A DNA stretch of 64,000 nucleotides from Camelus ferus. Its lineage: Eukaryota. The stretch lies in contig NC_045715.1 in the NCBI RefSeq assembly GCF_009834535.1, forward strand, positions 17,856,001-17,920,000, in the 5' to 3' direction. Of the stretch, positions 12,791 to 24,679 are shown piece after piece (position 1 is the stretch's first letter; each line of letters begins with the position of its first letter). Under the pieces are notes generated by a model, which saw only the letters and a program-made list of their open reading frames with translations, was not told the DNA's origin and did not search any database. Made by a program: the position numbers and the translations under genes.

Positions 12791-14147
12791 AATACAGGAA
12801 CTATGTATGTTCTTGGTCCTGAAACTTCACTGTGTTTATCTACTATGGACTATTTTTTAATGACCTTTGATCTTTTTACAAGAGTCTGTCATTCCTGGAC
12901 TCCCTTCTTCCCCTAGTGAACTTCTACCTCTTCTTCAGAACATGGCTCAGAGGTTATCGCCTCTGTAAGAAGTATCCGGCTTCCGCCGGGAGTTGCATGT
13001 TTATTTTATTTCCTTTGTCAGCCTTAACATTTTTTCTTACTTTGTTACAACACTTAGAATATAATTAATTTTTTAAAAATAGTTTAACTTTCTGGGAAAC
13101 TTTAAAGGGAATAAATTATTTTTTTAGTTGTTGTATCCCTAGGGTCTAGCCTAGTATTTTGCTGTAAAGAAGATGTTCAATAAGTACTCGCTTGTTGTGT
13201 GAATAAATGAATACTTAAAAAAAAATGACTGTTAGGATATAATTGCCATTGTTAGCATGAATCATTTAAAATCATTCGTAAGAACCAGATTACACTTACG
13301 TTTCTTTAATATTGGTCAAAGAAGTAGTTATGCTTTCATAAAGGCAAAGCCATAGGGACATAAGCCACCAAAAATGCAAGAGTGCCATCTATTGGTGAAC
13401 ATGTAAACAGATAAGCCACCAAGAAGCCATGTAAAATATGTTTACTTTCAATAATGTGTCCCTTCTGTAGCTTGTATAAAACGTGAAAGAAAGATGGAAG
13501 CAGAATCGACAGATGTTGTATGGTATTTTCCTGGAAAAGAGCTTATCCTAATAATTCATGCAAAATACAGTAATTTTTAAAGGCAAAAAAAAACCCAACA
13601 AACCCATAAAACACTGCAACAAGAGACCCTATACAAGATTGAAAACGATTTCCACCTCTGCCCTTCTCTTCCCTTTGATCATCTGAAAAGTTTGTCCTCA
13701 AGATCACGTTTGTAGTGTGCTCTTATCAAACCTCTGTTAAGCCCTCCTTCCTAGAAGCCTAGTTCTCTTTCATTTTCAATTTTCTCCCCGTCCAAATCAT
13801 TAATATATCCTACGGGTGGGAGAGAAACAGCTCTCTGGGAAAGCAGTAGCCACCATGGATTCTGGTATTTTCCGGTCCTGTTTGCCATGCTAACTTGCCT
13901 ACCACCACCAACAGACACACACACCACAGACACACCCTATCACACATCTTACACAAACACAAACCATATATCACACTCTACATCCAGCACACCCTACCAC
14001 ACTCCCCACAACACACACTCGCTATAGTTCCTTGCTGGTAGCAGCAGCTTGTTTTCTTTTGGGCATTCATTAGCCTCCTTTTCCTGATCCTTTGACAGGA
14101 CAAATTTGAGATGAGCTGTGCCTGTGTCCAGGGTCACATCCACAACA

Positions 14148-14305
14148 GTGAAATCCCTGGGAATCTGTATAGCATCACCCTCAGATCAGGGACTGGGTGC
14201 TCGTTCTTTCTCTTCTGTCTGTGTCCTGGTTGCCTCTGGAGTAGATCTGTCCTGCATTGTGTGCGGGACCTGCCACCACAGGATGTTTCTGGGTGACATG
14301 AGTCA
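14148..14305. promoter_or_regulatory. kB-like site plus AP-1 site upstream of TRIM38
   Basis: gtgaaatccc (GGGATTTCAC on the minus strand) at 14148-14157; TGAGTCA at 14299-14305. Confidence 0.3.
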
Positions 14306-15329
14306 CCTGGAGGCAAAATGGCAGAGGGTTCCTTGAGCCCCCAGGAGGATGCAGTGCTGAAGATAGACTCCTATTTGGGTGGGAAGAGAGGAACTTGTTT
14401 CACAATTTTGCCTCCAGCCTGAGCTGCTGGACCAGCAGAACTGTGGCTGCACCTAATTCCTCCCGGGCTCCCTCTGCGGGTCAGTACCTGATCCACTGAG
14501 CTAGAGGCTCCCAGTTGGCCCCAGGCAGCTCTCAGAATCCAAATTTAACTTCTCCGGCCTGTGTCCTCAGCCTTCGTCCTGGCTCCCTTGGTTCACTGCA
14601 AATGTTTATTTCTTAAGCAAGCATTTATTGTGCCCTTATCATAAATACCTCTTACACATGTGGCAGGGTCTTATTTTGAGCTGTTATTTCCCATTAAATA
14701 GTAACTCTAACTTGGGTGGAGACAGTATTTTTGCTCTTATTTTGAACTAGTGAGACTGGAGTTGAGGCACGAAGAACTCAAGCCCAGACCCCACAGTCTT
14801 TCCCCAACAGGGCGCAGAGCAGAGTGACGGCCCCCAGGTTGAACATGGCTCCCAGCTGAGGCCACACTGCTGGACAGAGGCTCTCGTTTGCTGTCCTTGG
14901 TGGCTGACTCTAACCATTGGTAAGTATTTGAATCCTGCAGGGACACTGAGGAGGAAAATGAGACACAGCATCAGGACAGAGAAGGGGAGACAGGCTTGAG
15001 CAAGCTTTTTGATACCAGTGAGCCCCACTACTGTCACCAGCCCTTTTTGCACTGTACCCTTCAGAGCAGTTACAAAACAAGAAGTGACTAATAATAGCTA
15101 AACATAACATTGGCCAGGAAGGCTTATGAATCCCAAGAGAGTGGGCGGTAAAAGTAGAAAGATCTCAAGTCAGAGTCTGTGAACTCTGCAGACTTCCTGG
15201 TTTTAGATCTTCTGTGCTGGGGTCACAAAAGAGTTAATTGGGCTATGAATTTGCCTTTACTTTCATTGATGTAAAAGAAAATTATTTTTCCTATGGTCTC
15301 TCCTCCCTTTCAGGACAAGCTGAGTGCAA

Positions 15330-15720
15330 AAGATACGGGCAACTTCACTGGTTTCCTCCCCACATCTTACAGGGCCCCGCCTCCCAGAGCAGTTTCACTT
15401 CTGAGTTTAGTCGCGTCTGAGTTAACTTCCTCACCCAGATCGCAGGAACTGGCAGCCACGGAGGGATTAGCAGCGAATGTGACCGCTGTGGGTGAAGGAA
15501 CAGCCCAGGCCCCGCTCTTCTGGGTGGAGGGCTAGGACCCGTGAGCATATGTGAGCGTGCGGGGGTGGGCGCGGGGCGGGGGGGGGGGCCGGGGAGGGCC
15601 CGGGGCGGCGGGGGGTGGCGGCGGGGGGTGGGGGCGGGGGGTGGGGGTTGTTTCCTGCTAACAGCCGCTGGGACTCTGAAAATGGTCAAGTCTTGACTTC
15701 CGAGCTCTCGCACCCTGTCT
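15330..15720 (+). promoter_or_regulatory. TRIM38: TRIM38 CpG-rich promoter with GC box and IRF/ISRE-like element
   Basis: ccccgcctcc at 15375-15384; agtttcacttct at 15391-15402 (AGAAGTGAAACT); locally high CpG/GC content. Confidence 0.65.
15420..15540 (+). other. TRIM38: Candidate TRIM38 non-coding exon 1
   Basis: Lies downstream of the promoter motifs; donor-like ccc|gtgagc at 15541 (alternative tat|gtgagc at 15551). The TSS is not resolvable. Confidence 0.45.
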
Positions 15721-15737
15721 GCTTTCTCTTTTACCAG

Positions 15738-15773
15738 ACTCCATGTCTAATCTCAGAGCATCCAGGATGTAAG
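15738..15773 (+). other. TRIM38: Candidate TRIM38 36-nt 5'UTR microexon containing the uORF MSNLRASRM*
   Basis: Acceptor ctttctcttttaccAG (15736-15737) and donor AAG|GTGAGT (15774); ATG at 15743 to TAA at 15772. Confidence 0.6.
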
Positions 15774-16729
15774 GTGAGTGAAAGCCCCACACAGGCACCC
15801 CGGGCCTCAGAGGAGGGGAAGTCCTTCTCTCCACGGGCACAGCTTTCCTGGAGGGGAGGAGCCCAGTGTGTATCCCTTGGGCAAATAACTTGCCAAAGAA
15901 TAGAAGTCTGCAGAAGAAGAGGCTCTAAGAGACGGCTCCTGTGTTAGAGGAACTAGCCTCCCCAGTAACTTTAGTTGAATCACTGCTTTTGCTTCTGCCA
16001 CTGTCTGTTCAAAGGAAAGGTCACTCTCTAAACTTCCTCCAGCCTCCACTGCCCTCCCTGACGAGCACCTGGCAGTGGGAGAGCAGGGAACAGGCCTAGG
16101 GGGCCGACTCCTTGCTCCTGGTCACCCCTCTGTGGTCTCTGGTTGTCGGGTCCTCACTGGTGGACACTACAGGGTCCAGCACAGAGACCCGGTCTTCCCC
16201 ATCTGCTTCCCACCTCCCCACATCGTGGGTTCTGCAAACTCCCTGTATTCCAGTCACCTCAGACTTCTCCTGAGAGACAAGTCCTGGTCTGGAGAGGAGA
16301 CCATCACCTCGCTAAGCTCTCCAGGACCTCTGCTCTCCACAACCAAGCCCTTCTCGGGCTTTCCAGCCCTCTTTCCAATTCTCTTTCCCTCAGGTCAGGG
16401 AGGGCAAAAAGGACCGCCTTGTTCTTCTGGTTGCCTTGTTTACTTTCATTATCATCCGGGTTGGGTCTCCACTGGGGACTCTCTTGTTCTTTGTGGGGTG
16501 GGGGTTAGTTAGAATCAAATTTGATTGTTTCAGTGGAGTCCTTCACAGACCACCCAATTACCTAGGTGTTACTACCAGTGACAGATACTTCTGGTACTAA
16601 TTATCCGTGATGTTCATTAGACTAAGAAAGAGTTTGACAGCCCTTCACTGAGTTCTTTCTGTCTTGCTGCAGCTTTGGTGAGGAAGCCTGCCTGGTTTCT
16701 CTCTCTCTCAGTGCTTGGTCCAAGAAAAC

Positions 16730-16880
16730 TTTCTGCAATGCTGAGGTGTTCTATATGTGGGCTCTTATGTAGCCACCAGTCACCTGCAACTGCAATGTGG
16801 CTAATGGGTGTGAGAAACTAAACTTTAAATTCTATTTAATTGTAATTAAACTTGAGTAGCCACATATTCTACAACACAGC
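16730..16880. mobile_element. MER3-like hAT DNA transposon
   Basis: ttctgcaatgctgaggtgttctata...aatgtggctaat...aaactaaactttaaattctatttaattgtaattaa...agtagccacat. Confidence 0.6.
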
Positions 16881-17074
16881 TACATTTTATGCATCTTCTA
16901 AATTCCAATTTCTTTCTTCTTTCTATAGAGAAGACCTCATGACCTGTGGAGGCCAGGGGCAGCCAGTACATTGCACAAAGGCTCAGGTGAAGTGAATTTC
17001 CATCACTGTTAGCAAAATTCTGGTGGCTTCATCTTTGCCTCTAGATCCGACATTGGAGCTTTTCAGGACAAGCC

Positions 17075-17482
17075 ATGGCCTCATGCCCAGCCACCAAGAT
17101 GAGGGAGGAAGCCACCTGCCCCATCTGCCTGCATCTGATGACTGAGCCGGTGAGCATCAACTGTGGACACAGCTACTGCCACTCGTGCATAGTGAGGTTT
17201 CTTCAGAATCTCTGCCAGATGCAACCATGGCTGGAGACGTTCTCCTGTCCCCAGTGTCGGATGCCATTTGGAATGTCGAGCCTCCGACCCAATAAGCAGC
17301 TGGGAAGCCTCATTGAAGCTATCAAGGAGATGGACTGTGAAATGTCATGTGAGAATCATGGAGAGAAGCTCCATCTGTTCTGCGAAGACGAGGGCCAGCT
17401 CATCTGCTGGCGCTGTGAGCGGGGACCGCAGCACAAAGGGCACGTCACAGCTCTTGTTGAAGATGCATGCCAAGGCTACAAG
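17075..17482 (+). CDS. TRIM38: TRIM38 coding exon 1 (RING C3HC4 and B-box2); exon probably starts at 16929
   Basis: gccATGG Kozak; [18 protein letters not shown]...CGHSYCHSC...CPQC and [32 protein letters not shown]; donor AAG|gtgagt; 408 nt. Confidence 0.95.
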
Positions 17483-18027
17483 GTGAGTAGTGGGCCAGGG
17501 GGCTTTGGCAGGTACTGGGTCCCATGTTGCCTCCCCCTGTGAGACCTGAGACTCTTTAGCCTGAAACCCAAGATTAGGATCCTGAAATATAGCTTTCATC
17601 ATGTCCTTCTTCTGAAAAGTGGTGTGTGATGGGTCCTCACTGAACCAAGTCCTGACAGTCTCTCTTGACTTTCAGCGAGATGGTCAGACTCTTATTCCTG
17701 TCCACTCTTGCTCTGATGAACCTCTCCTCGCTCTAGAATGCCACGTGCTCCAGTGCACACCTGCATGCTTTTTTCACTCATGCTGTGTGTGTAATTTGAG
17801 GAACCACCATGTGCAAGACCATGGGAGAAAGTCTGAAAACACAGGGTACAAAGACACGCTACCTTCTAGGTATCCTATAGTCTAGTAGGGAAGACAAACC
17901 AGCAAAAAGATTGCCTGGAGTGCCCTGGTTTGGATGGTGGAGAGGGACACCAAGGGCTGGGGAGTAGTAACTGAGGAATCTTCCCAAAAGTGACTCTTGA
18001 AGAACACATAACAATGAACCATACGTA

Positions 18028-18140
18028 CGTGGAAAGGTATAGCTCAGGGGTAGAGGGCATGCCAAGATCCTGGGTTCAATCCCCAATACCTCCGTTAATA
18101 AATAAATTAAAAAACAAACCTAATTACCACACTCCCCCCA
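18028..18140 (+). mobile_element. Vic-1-like SINE with target-site duplication
   Basis: ggaaaggtatagctcaggggtagag...gatcctgggttcaatcccc...aaacctaattacc; flanked by aatgaaccata at 18013-18023 and 18141-18151. Confidence 0.85.
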
Positions 18141-18889
18141 AATGAACCATATATAGCAGTATGGAGAAGAGAGAGGGCACTCTAGACAGAGGGGCCCAGG
18201 TGTGCAGAGGCACAGCCACGGGAGCTGTGACCAGACCAGGGATTATGTCCAGGGAAGGTGGGTGATGTCATGGGAAATGGATTCTGGACCCAGAAGCTTG
18301 ATGTCAGCTCAGAGTCTAAATCCTAGCCCAGAGAAGTACTGGCCACTGGGGAGTTTTCATTTGCAGAGTGAAGGATCTGGTTGACACTGGAAAGAGCATT
18401 CTGTTACTGCTATAATGAAAGGACTATTAAGGAGTAAAATTCAGATTACTCCTCTAAGAAGGGGGAGAGGGAGCAGTTATAAGCCAGATTCAGGAAGGGG
18501 AGTGAGTGAAAGGATTTGGAAATGGTTGGTTATGGAGGATGAAGAGGAGAGAGAGGTTTGGGATAACTCCTAGGGCTCACTCAAGTGTGAAAGAAGGTGA
18601 TGTTGGCTGTGGTAGAATGAAGGGGTGAGCATAGCCCTACTGCCTTATTCTTTCCCTGCCTTGCCCAGATTTGAGAAAACTGTTGTCCCCAGTGTCAGCT
18701 CCTCATTGCCTCCCCCACGAGGAGGAGGGAGGGTCTTCTATTAAGGTTCTGGGTTCTCCGTCAGGACATGTCAACACTGATCACCACTCAGAATGCAGCA
18801 GCTCTTCCTTAAACTCCATGGAGCAGCTAATAACTATAAGGGGGATAGTCCCATTGGAATTATTTTCCCACCAAGTAGTAAGCAAAGAG

Positions 18890-19140
18890 CAGCATTGGGT
18901 GGTGGTTCTAAGCCTCAGGAGTCGGTCTGCTTAGTTTGAAATCTTAGTCCTGCTACTTACTAGATGGGTAACCCTGAGCAAGTTTCAATAAATATGTCTT
19001 CAGGCCTTGGTTTCCCCAACCATCAATGGGGATAATAGTCGTTTCCTGCCTCCCCAGCACACAGGCCCGGGAGGTTGTTATCAGCTTTAAGGACATTAAT
19101 ACATGTAAAGCTTAGAATAGCACTTGGCACATAGCAAGGG
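18890..19140. mobile_element. MIR SINE
   Basis: tttgaaatcttagtcctgctacttactagatgggtaaccctgagcaagtt...aatggggataatag...aaagcttagaatagcacttggcacatag. Confidence 0.65.
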
Positions 19141-19569
19141 CAACACAGTCCTTTGCTAACAGTTCCACAGAGCACTTTATTGAGGGCACTCGAGAATTAA
19201 TGAGAGTATACTTACTGGGTTTAGGACAGGAGCCAATTCTTTTAATATTGACCACAGCTAGCAATTTGGTTCAGCTTAAACTTGCTTTCCATGAAAACGT
19301 GAGAAACTATTTTGAAAAATAACCTAAAAGCTCGATATGGATACTAAGTCATTTTTAAATGGCTTCAAAAGATATCAGAGCTCCCTTCCTCCATTAATTG
19401 TTTCTAGTAACTTCAGCTGGCATCTAGGTCTTTCCTTCCTGACTCACTATAATACATACTTAGGTCCCTGTGTGCCAAACACTCTGGCATTGTTTATGTT
19501 TGGTTCAGCACATTATTTTAGAAAATCTTTTTGGATGATTATTGTTTTGCATGCAATATTTCCCTGACT

Positions 19570-19770
19570 GTTAGTGGTAGATAGAGCGCAGACTCTGGGT
19601 CAGCAGATGAGTGGGGTCACAGCTCACCCACCTACCAGGTATAGCATCTTGGGCAAGTTATTTACCCCCTTCCTAAGCCTCAGCTTCTGTAGCATAGAAA
19701 TGATGTTAAAAATCCTAACTGTTCAGGGTTCCCAAGGGGATCAGATATGCTGCCGCACATGAAGCCTGAA
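19570..19770. mobile_element. MIR SINE
   Basis: tagagcgcagactctggg...cttgggcaagttatttacccccttcctaagcctcagcttctgtagcatagaaatg. Confidence 0.55.
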
Positions 19771-19908
19771 GCATGCTTCCTGGCAGTGTCAGGACTCAAT
19801 ACATATTAAATGTTATTCTAATAGTCTTGGAGGGCTGGCATGCCTCTTAGGTGCCCAGTGAAGAGTTGTTGAATTGAAAAGGCTTTATTCACCCTATTTT
19901 TCCTTTAG

Positions 19909-20004
19909 GAACAGCTCCAGAAAGCTGTGACAAAATTGAAGCAACTAGAAGAAGAATGTATGAACCTGAAGGTGTTCACGGCAAACCGAATAACAGAATG
20001 GAAT
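19909..20004 (+). CDS. TRIM38: TRIM38 coding exon 2 (coiled coil, 96 nt)
   Basis: tttag|GAA CAG CTC CAG AAA GCT GTG... [32 protein letters not shown] |gtaag; typical 96-nt TRIM exon. Confidence 0.92.
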
Positions 20005-21439
20005 GTAAGAGTTTGGGTTTATTGATCTCAAGCTGTTGTCCTTCCTAGAGTTTAGGCATAGGGGATTATTGGGCAACGCATAATGAATGGCTTATTCTCA
20101 TCAAACCACGCCAAATAGATAAAACCCAAAGAAGAAGCCGGTATTTGTTTTTATGTCCCTCGTTGTCTACATCTATGAGAATTTATCTCCAACCCTTTCA
20201 ACTTTTCAATAGTAATTGACTAGGATTCTAATACCTCAGTCAGTGGAAGCAAAATTGGTGTGCCTCTACATAGAGTCATTCTTGACTGGGTTTCAATTTT
20301 TAAATATCTCAAAATACCTTCATGGTTTGAAGGCCTGTTGAGCCTTGTTGCTTTGGTACATGTACCACAGGGCAGGGTGTAGCTCCCAGCCTTACAGGCT
20401 CAGAAACCAACCTTTGTGAGCACTAAGTAAACAGAATAGCTCCAGGTTAAGATAAATATTACTCAAGCTCATGAGGCTGATAAAGGAAATTGATTTGATT
20501 TATAGGAAGGATCAAAGTGCTCCAAGAAACTACACATTTACCACTGCAGATTCTAGGGTGTCTAAGACTATTTCCTTGGCTGACCAGCCTCCCATGATCA
20601 GAGATGCATTCCTTTATGGAAATATTTATGTAATCCATCATTTCACAGTCAAATCCCACAGGCTGGTAGATATTTACCTCTTTTAGAGGTCTCTTCCAAC
20701 CTTCCAACCTCTCTGCCCCAATCCTTTGTGTACGGTTGTTAAACTTGAAATCTTAGAGGACAGTCTTACTTCCCTCATTTCTGGGATCTTGGGCAGTGGG
20801 GAAGATCTTGATTATAACTAAGATATAGGGAAACCCCATCAATGACCCTTCTGCTACATCACGGTCATTGAAACACTTCATGAATCAAGAAAGCACTAAC
20901 GGAAACTGCAATTCTGATCTCCTAAAATGAAAGCTGAGTCCCACAAGATGTATCATTTGGTTTCTGTCAGTCTTACACATAAGGATGAGTAAGTGCACCC
21001 TGGGTTGGTAGGTAAATATTTCACGGTTAACTATGACATAAAACCTGCTCCCCAGACCTCCCCCATGGACTCTCCTACTAGCCTGGTTACCTTAAATTCC
21101 AGTCTTGGTGACGTTCGTTACAAACTTTGGCTTCAAAAATTTTCCTCAGACCCAGAGATACCTTTTACGCCCCAAATAAAAACCCATTTTTATCTTTGTA
21201 ACTGATAAAGTGTTTGACCTCAGCCCTGATTCCAGGGTTAAATTATCTACCACTCCCACCCCTCTCTCTTGCACCTTGGCTGAAGAAGGAAGTTGGTCGG
21301 GTGACTATAGAGAATTGTGACAACCTCTGCCACATCTGAGTACCTGCCTCCCAGGCCTGGCTCTGCAGCAGGGAATTTGGAACATTCTTCCAGCTCAAAT
21401 GACTCATGGGAAAGTAATGTTATGGTAGCTGCATGAACT

Positions 21440-21900
21440 TTATTTTGTGTGTATACGTGCTAAAATATACATAACAAAATCAACTGTTTAACTGTTTGTG
21501 AACAGTTCAGTGACATTAAGTACCTTCCCAGTGTCATGCAACCATCACCACTATCCACCTCCAGAAGTTTGTCATTATCCTGAACTGAAACTCTGTACTC
21601 ATTTAATAACTCTCCATTCCCTCCTCCTCCCAACTCCAAGTAACCACTATTCTACTTTCTGTCTGTATGAACTTGACTCTTCTGGGTAGCTCATAAAAGT
21701 GGCATCATAAGNNNNNNNNNNNNNNNNNNNNNNNNNNNNNNNNNNNNNNNNNNNNNNNNNNNNNNNNNNNNNNNNNNNNNNNNNNNNNNNNNNNNNNNNN
21801 NNNNNNNNNNNNNNNNNNNNNNNNNNNNNNNNNNNNNNNNNNNNNATTTTGTTTACCAATTCATCCATCAATGGACATTTGGTTTGTTTCTACCTTTTGA
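21440..21900 (-). mobile_element. LINE-1 (L1MB-like) 3' end, partly N-masked
   Basis: catgcaaccatcaccactatccacctccagaa...aaccactattctactttctgtctgtatgaa...tcatccatcaatggacatttgg. Confidence 0.7.
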
Positions 21901-21920
21901 GAACTCTTTCTTGACTCTAG

Positions 21921-22151
21921 GAGAAAATAGAGATTCAGAGACAAAAAATCCAGTCTGACTTTGAGAATCTCCAGAATTTTCTGCATGAGGAAGAGAAGTG
22001 TTATCTATGGAAACTGGAGAAAGAAAAAGAGCAGACTCTGAGGAGACTGAGAGACAATGAGGCCAACCTTGAACAGAAGAGCCATGAACTCAAGAGCCAC
22101 ATCCTGGAACTAGAGAAGAAAAGTCAGGGCTCAGCCCAGAAATTGCTGCAG
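21921..22151 (+). CDS. TRIM38: TRIM38 coding exon 3 (coiled coil, 231 nt)
   Basis: ctag|GAG AAA ATA GAG ATT CAG... [36 protein letters not shown]...GSAQKLLQ|gtaagg; typical 231-nt TRIM exon. Confidence 0.93.
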
Positions 22152-23157
22152 GTAAGGCTATGCACTTGGAGAACAGAAAGAAGGTATTTGTTCCTGAACT
22201 TTTAGGAGGATGATGGTGAGGAAACGTGGGAAGACTGGCAAGGCCTGCCGGTTTCACTCAAGAGTGGCACATTAGTGTAGGGAATTTAAAGTAATGTTTC
22301 TTTTAGAGACACACCAATGTCTGCAAGGTGGCCTCCACTAATCTGAAGGGTGTCTTTTGGTGAATCAGAAAAATATTCCCCCACTGGGAGGATACAGTAG
22401 GTTCCTTGGCCAAAGGGGACCATGGGATAACTTTCACTACCATTTGCCTGTGTCCCATGTTCATGGAACCCTGTCAAACTGTCTTCTGAAATACTTCTCC
22501 AGATGACTGATGGGTGATAAAATAAGGCAGCCAAAATAGGTGATAACCTTCTTCCAATTTGACTGAGCCCTCCAAAGCTCTAAGATGGCCTGCTTTCAGC
22601 CGTGTGAAGGATACAGCCCAATAAGACAATCTATGCCTGGAGCTGTTTATTCTAGTTCCCACTAACAGAACTGGAGGTTACACTGTAAGGTTGTAACATG
22701 ACTGCTCCAACACAGTATGGTACATGCTGCCACCAGCTTCATGGCCCAGTGTCAGGGGCTATGCATGGATTCACCACTAAGGACCTTTGTGCTAAGTGAT
22801 CTTTAACATGGGCTCACGCTGAAGGAAATCAAGTCACTGAAAGCAAGTCCTCCCAGAGGGAGCATGGCCAAAGCTCCTGGCCCTCTTCCTCAAGCAGCCC
22901 ACAGGCAGGTGTGATTGCAGACGCTGCAGCTCCCTACAGATGTCAGCAAGGAAAATAATGGATAAACATCCTGATAGGCTGACTATCCCAGGGAGCTGGG
23001 ATGGGAATCATTCTGTCTGGGTATCCATCAATATCTAAGGCCAGAGTCACTCTCTTTACTTCTTTAGAAGGAACGTTTAGAACGAACAGCCTCACATGGC
23101 AAGCTCCATGAAATACTGATGTTCCCACATTTACCTTTTGTCTTTGTTTCTCCATAG

Positions 23158-23180
23158 AATGTGAAAGACACTTTGAGCAG
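23158..23180 (+). CDS. TRIM38: TRIM38 coding exon 4 (23 nt)
   Basis: ccatag|AAT GTG AAA GAC ACT TTG AGC AG|gtgagt (NVKDTLS-R); typical 23-nt TRIM exon. Confidence 0.9.
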
Positions 23181-23276
23181 GTGAGTCCTATACAAATGCA
23201 GGAGGGAAGGGGTGTGGGTAGTTAGAACTGAATGGAAATTACCACTGAAGAAGTCTTTGACCTCTGCTTATTCTAG

Positions 23277-23389
23277 GAGTTGGGCTGTGAAGGTGGAAAC
23301 ACCAGAGATTCCCTCTTTAAACCTTCTAACTGTATGCAATGTTTCTGAGCTTTACTTTGATGTGAAGAAAATGTTAAGGAACTATCAAG
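23277..23389 (+). CDS. TRIM38: TRIM38 coding exon 5 (113 nt)
   Basis: tctag|G AGT TGG GCT GTG AAG... [38 protein letters not shown]|gtatgt; frame-consistent. Confidence 0.92.
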
Positions 23390-23544
23390 GTATGTGAAGA
23401 ATCCCTAAATACTATGGATAGAAGGGAACTTAAGTGGTAAACAAGCTCATCCCTGGGCAAGCCCACAGCCGGAGAGGTCATTCAGATATTTTCAGTGGAG
23501 CTGTCACACTCTCCCTTGTTAATTTGCTCCAGTGCTTAAACAGG

Positions 23545-23760
23545 GACATAGCATATTGATTATCCACGCAGACCCTTCAAATTCCTGCTCTCTCATTTAT
23601 TGGCTGTGTCATTTCAGGCAAACAACCTCCTCAGTTTCCCCAGCTGATAAGTGAAAATATTAACAATTCCCACTTCACTGGGTTGCTGGGTTGTCATGAA
23701 AATTAAGTACATCAACATACGTAAAGTGCTTAGCACACTGTCTGGGACATAGTGTTTATT
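23545..23760. mobile_element. MIR SINE
   Basis: ttcaaattcctgctctctcatttattggctgtgtcatttcaggcaaacaacctcctcagtttccc...gtaaagtgcttagcacactgtctgggacatag. Confidence 0.65.
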
Positions 23761-24069
23761 GTTAATATTTTGGTCAATTCTCAGAGCAATGCAAGAAAGT
23801 TAAGTGAATATTCTGGGCTATGGTTCAAATGTTTTTAGGGCCTTGACCCAGGTGACACAGATAGTAAATATTAGAACCACGATTAAAACCAAATTTTATC
23901 AGTCCCGAAGTCTGAGCTTCCTGCTTCCTTGATTCTCTTAATCTGTGCTTGCTACGGTTGCATAATCTCTTATCCACAACTACATAATTTGCAAAGTTAT
24001 GAAAACTAAGGATTTTTAAAAAATTTGTTTTGCTGCAAAATTGGACCTAACCTAAAATTATTTGGTGAC

Positions 24070-24600
24070 TGTATTAATTATCTATTGCTGCCAACAAATT
24101 TAGTGGCTTAAAACAACACGTGTATATTATCACACGGGTTTTGTGGGTCAGAAGTCTGGGCACAGCTTAGTTGGGTCCTTTGCTTAGGGTCTCACAAAAC
24201 TGCAAGTAAGGTGTTGGCCTGGCTGTGTTCTCATCTGGAGGCTAGACTGGGGCAGAATTCTCTTTCAAGCTCACTCAGATTCTTGGCAGAATTTCTTTCT
24301 TTATGGTTATGGGACTTAGGGCCCTGAGCTTCTAGAAGCCAACCCTCAGCTGCTCGCACATGGGCCTCCCAACATGGTCAATTATTTCTTCAAAGTGAGT
24401 TTAGGAGAGAGTCTCTAGAGCAAGTCTTCCAGAAAGATAGAGACTTATAGAATAAAATATAATCACAGGAGTCACATCCCATCATTTTTACCACATTCTG
24501 TTGGCCAGGAGCAATTCATAGGTCCTGCCCACACTCAAAGGGAAGGAACTGCATAAGGGTATGAACACCAACAGGCAAGATCATGGAAGGATCCCCTTAT
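24070..24600 (-). mobile_element. MaLR LTR (MLT1E/F-like)
   Basis: tgtattaattatctattgctgc...agtggcttaaaacaac...cagaagtctgggcacagcttagttgggtcctttgcttagggtctcaca. Confidence 0.7.
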
Positions 24601-24679
24601 GTCTGGGTGACAACATGGCCAAACCTGAGCTGCACTGATATGAGACTATTTAAAGTCTTTATTTATCCCAATTAGTTTG

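Noticed and set aside
15345-16512. Multiple 100-145 aa ORFs in the TRIM38 promoter and first introns
   Set aside because: Pro/Gly-rich products of GC-rich sequence with no homology evidence
22300-22800. Possible ERVL internal remnant in a TRIM38 intron
   Set aside because: Only short, weak resemblance by eye; needs RepeatMasker
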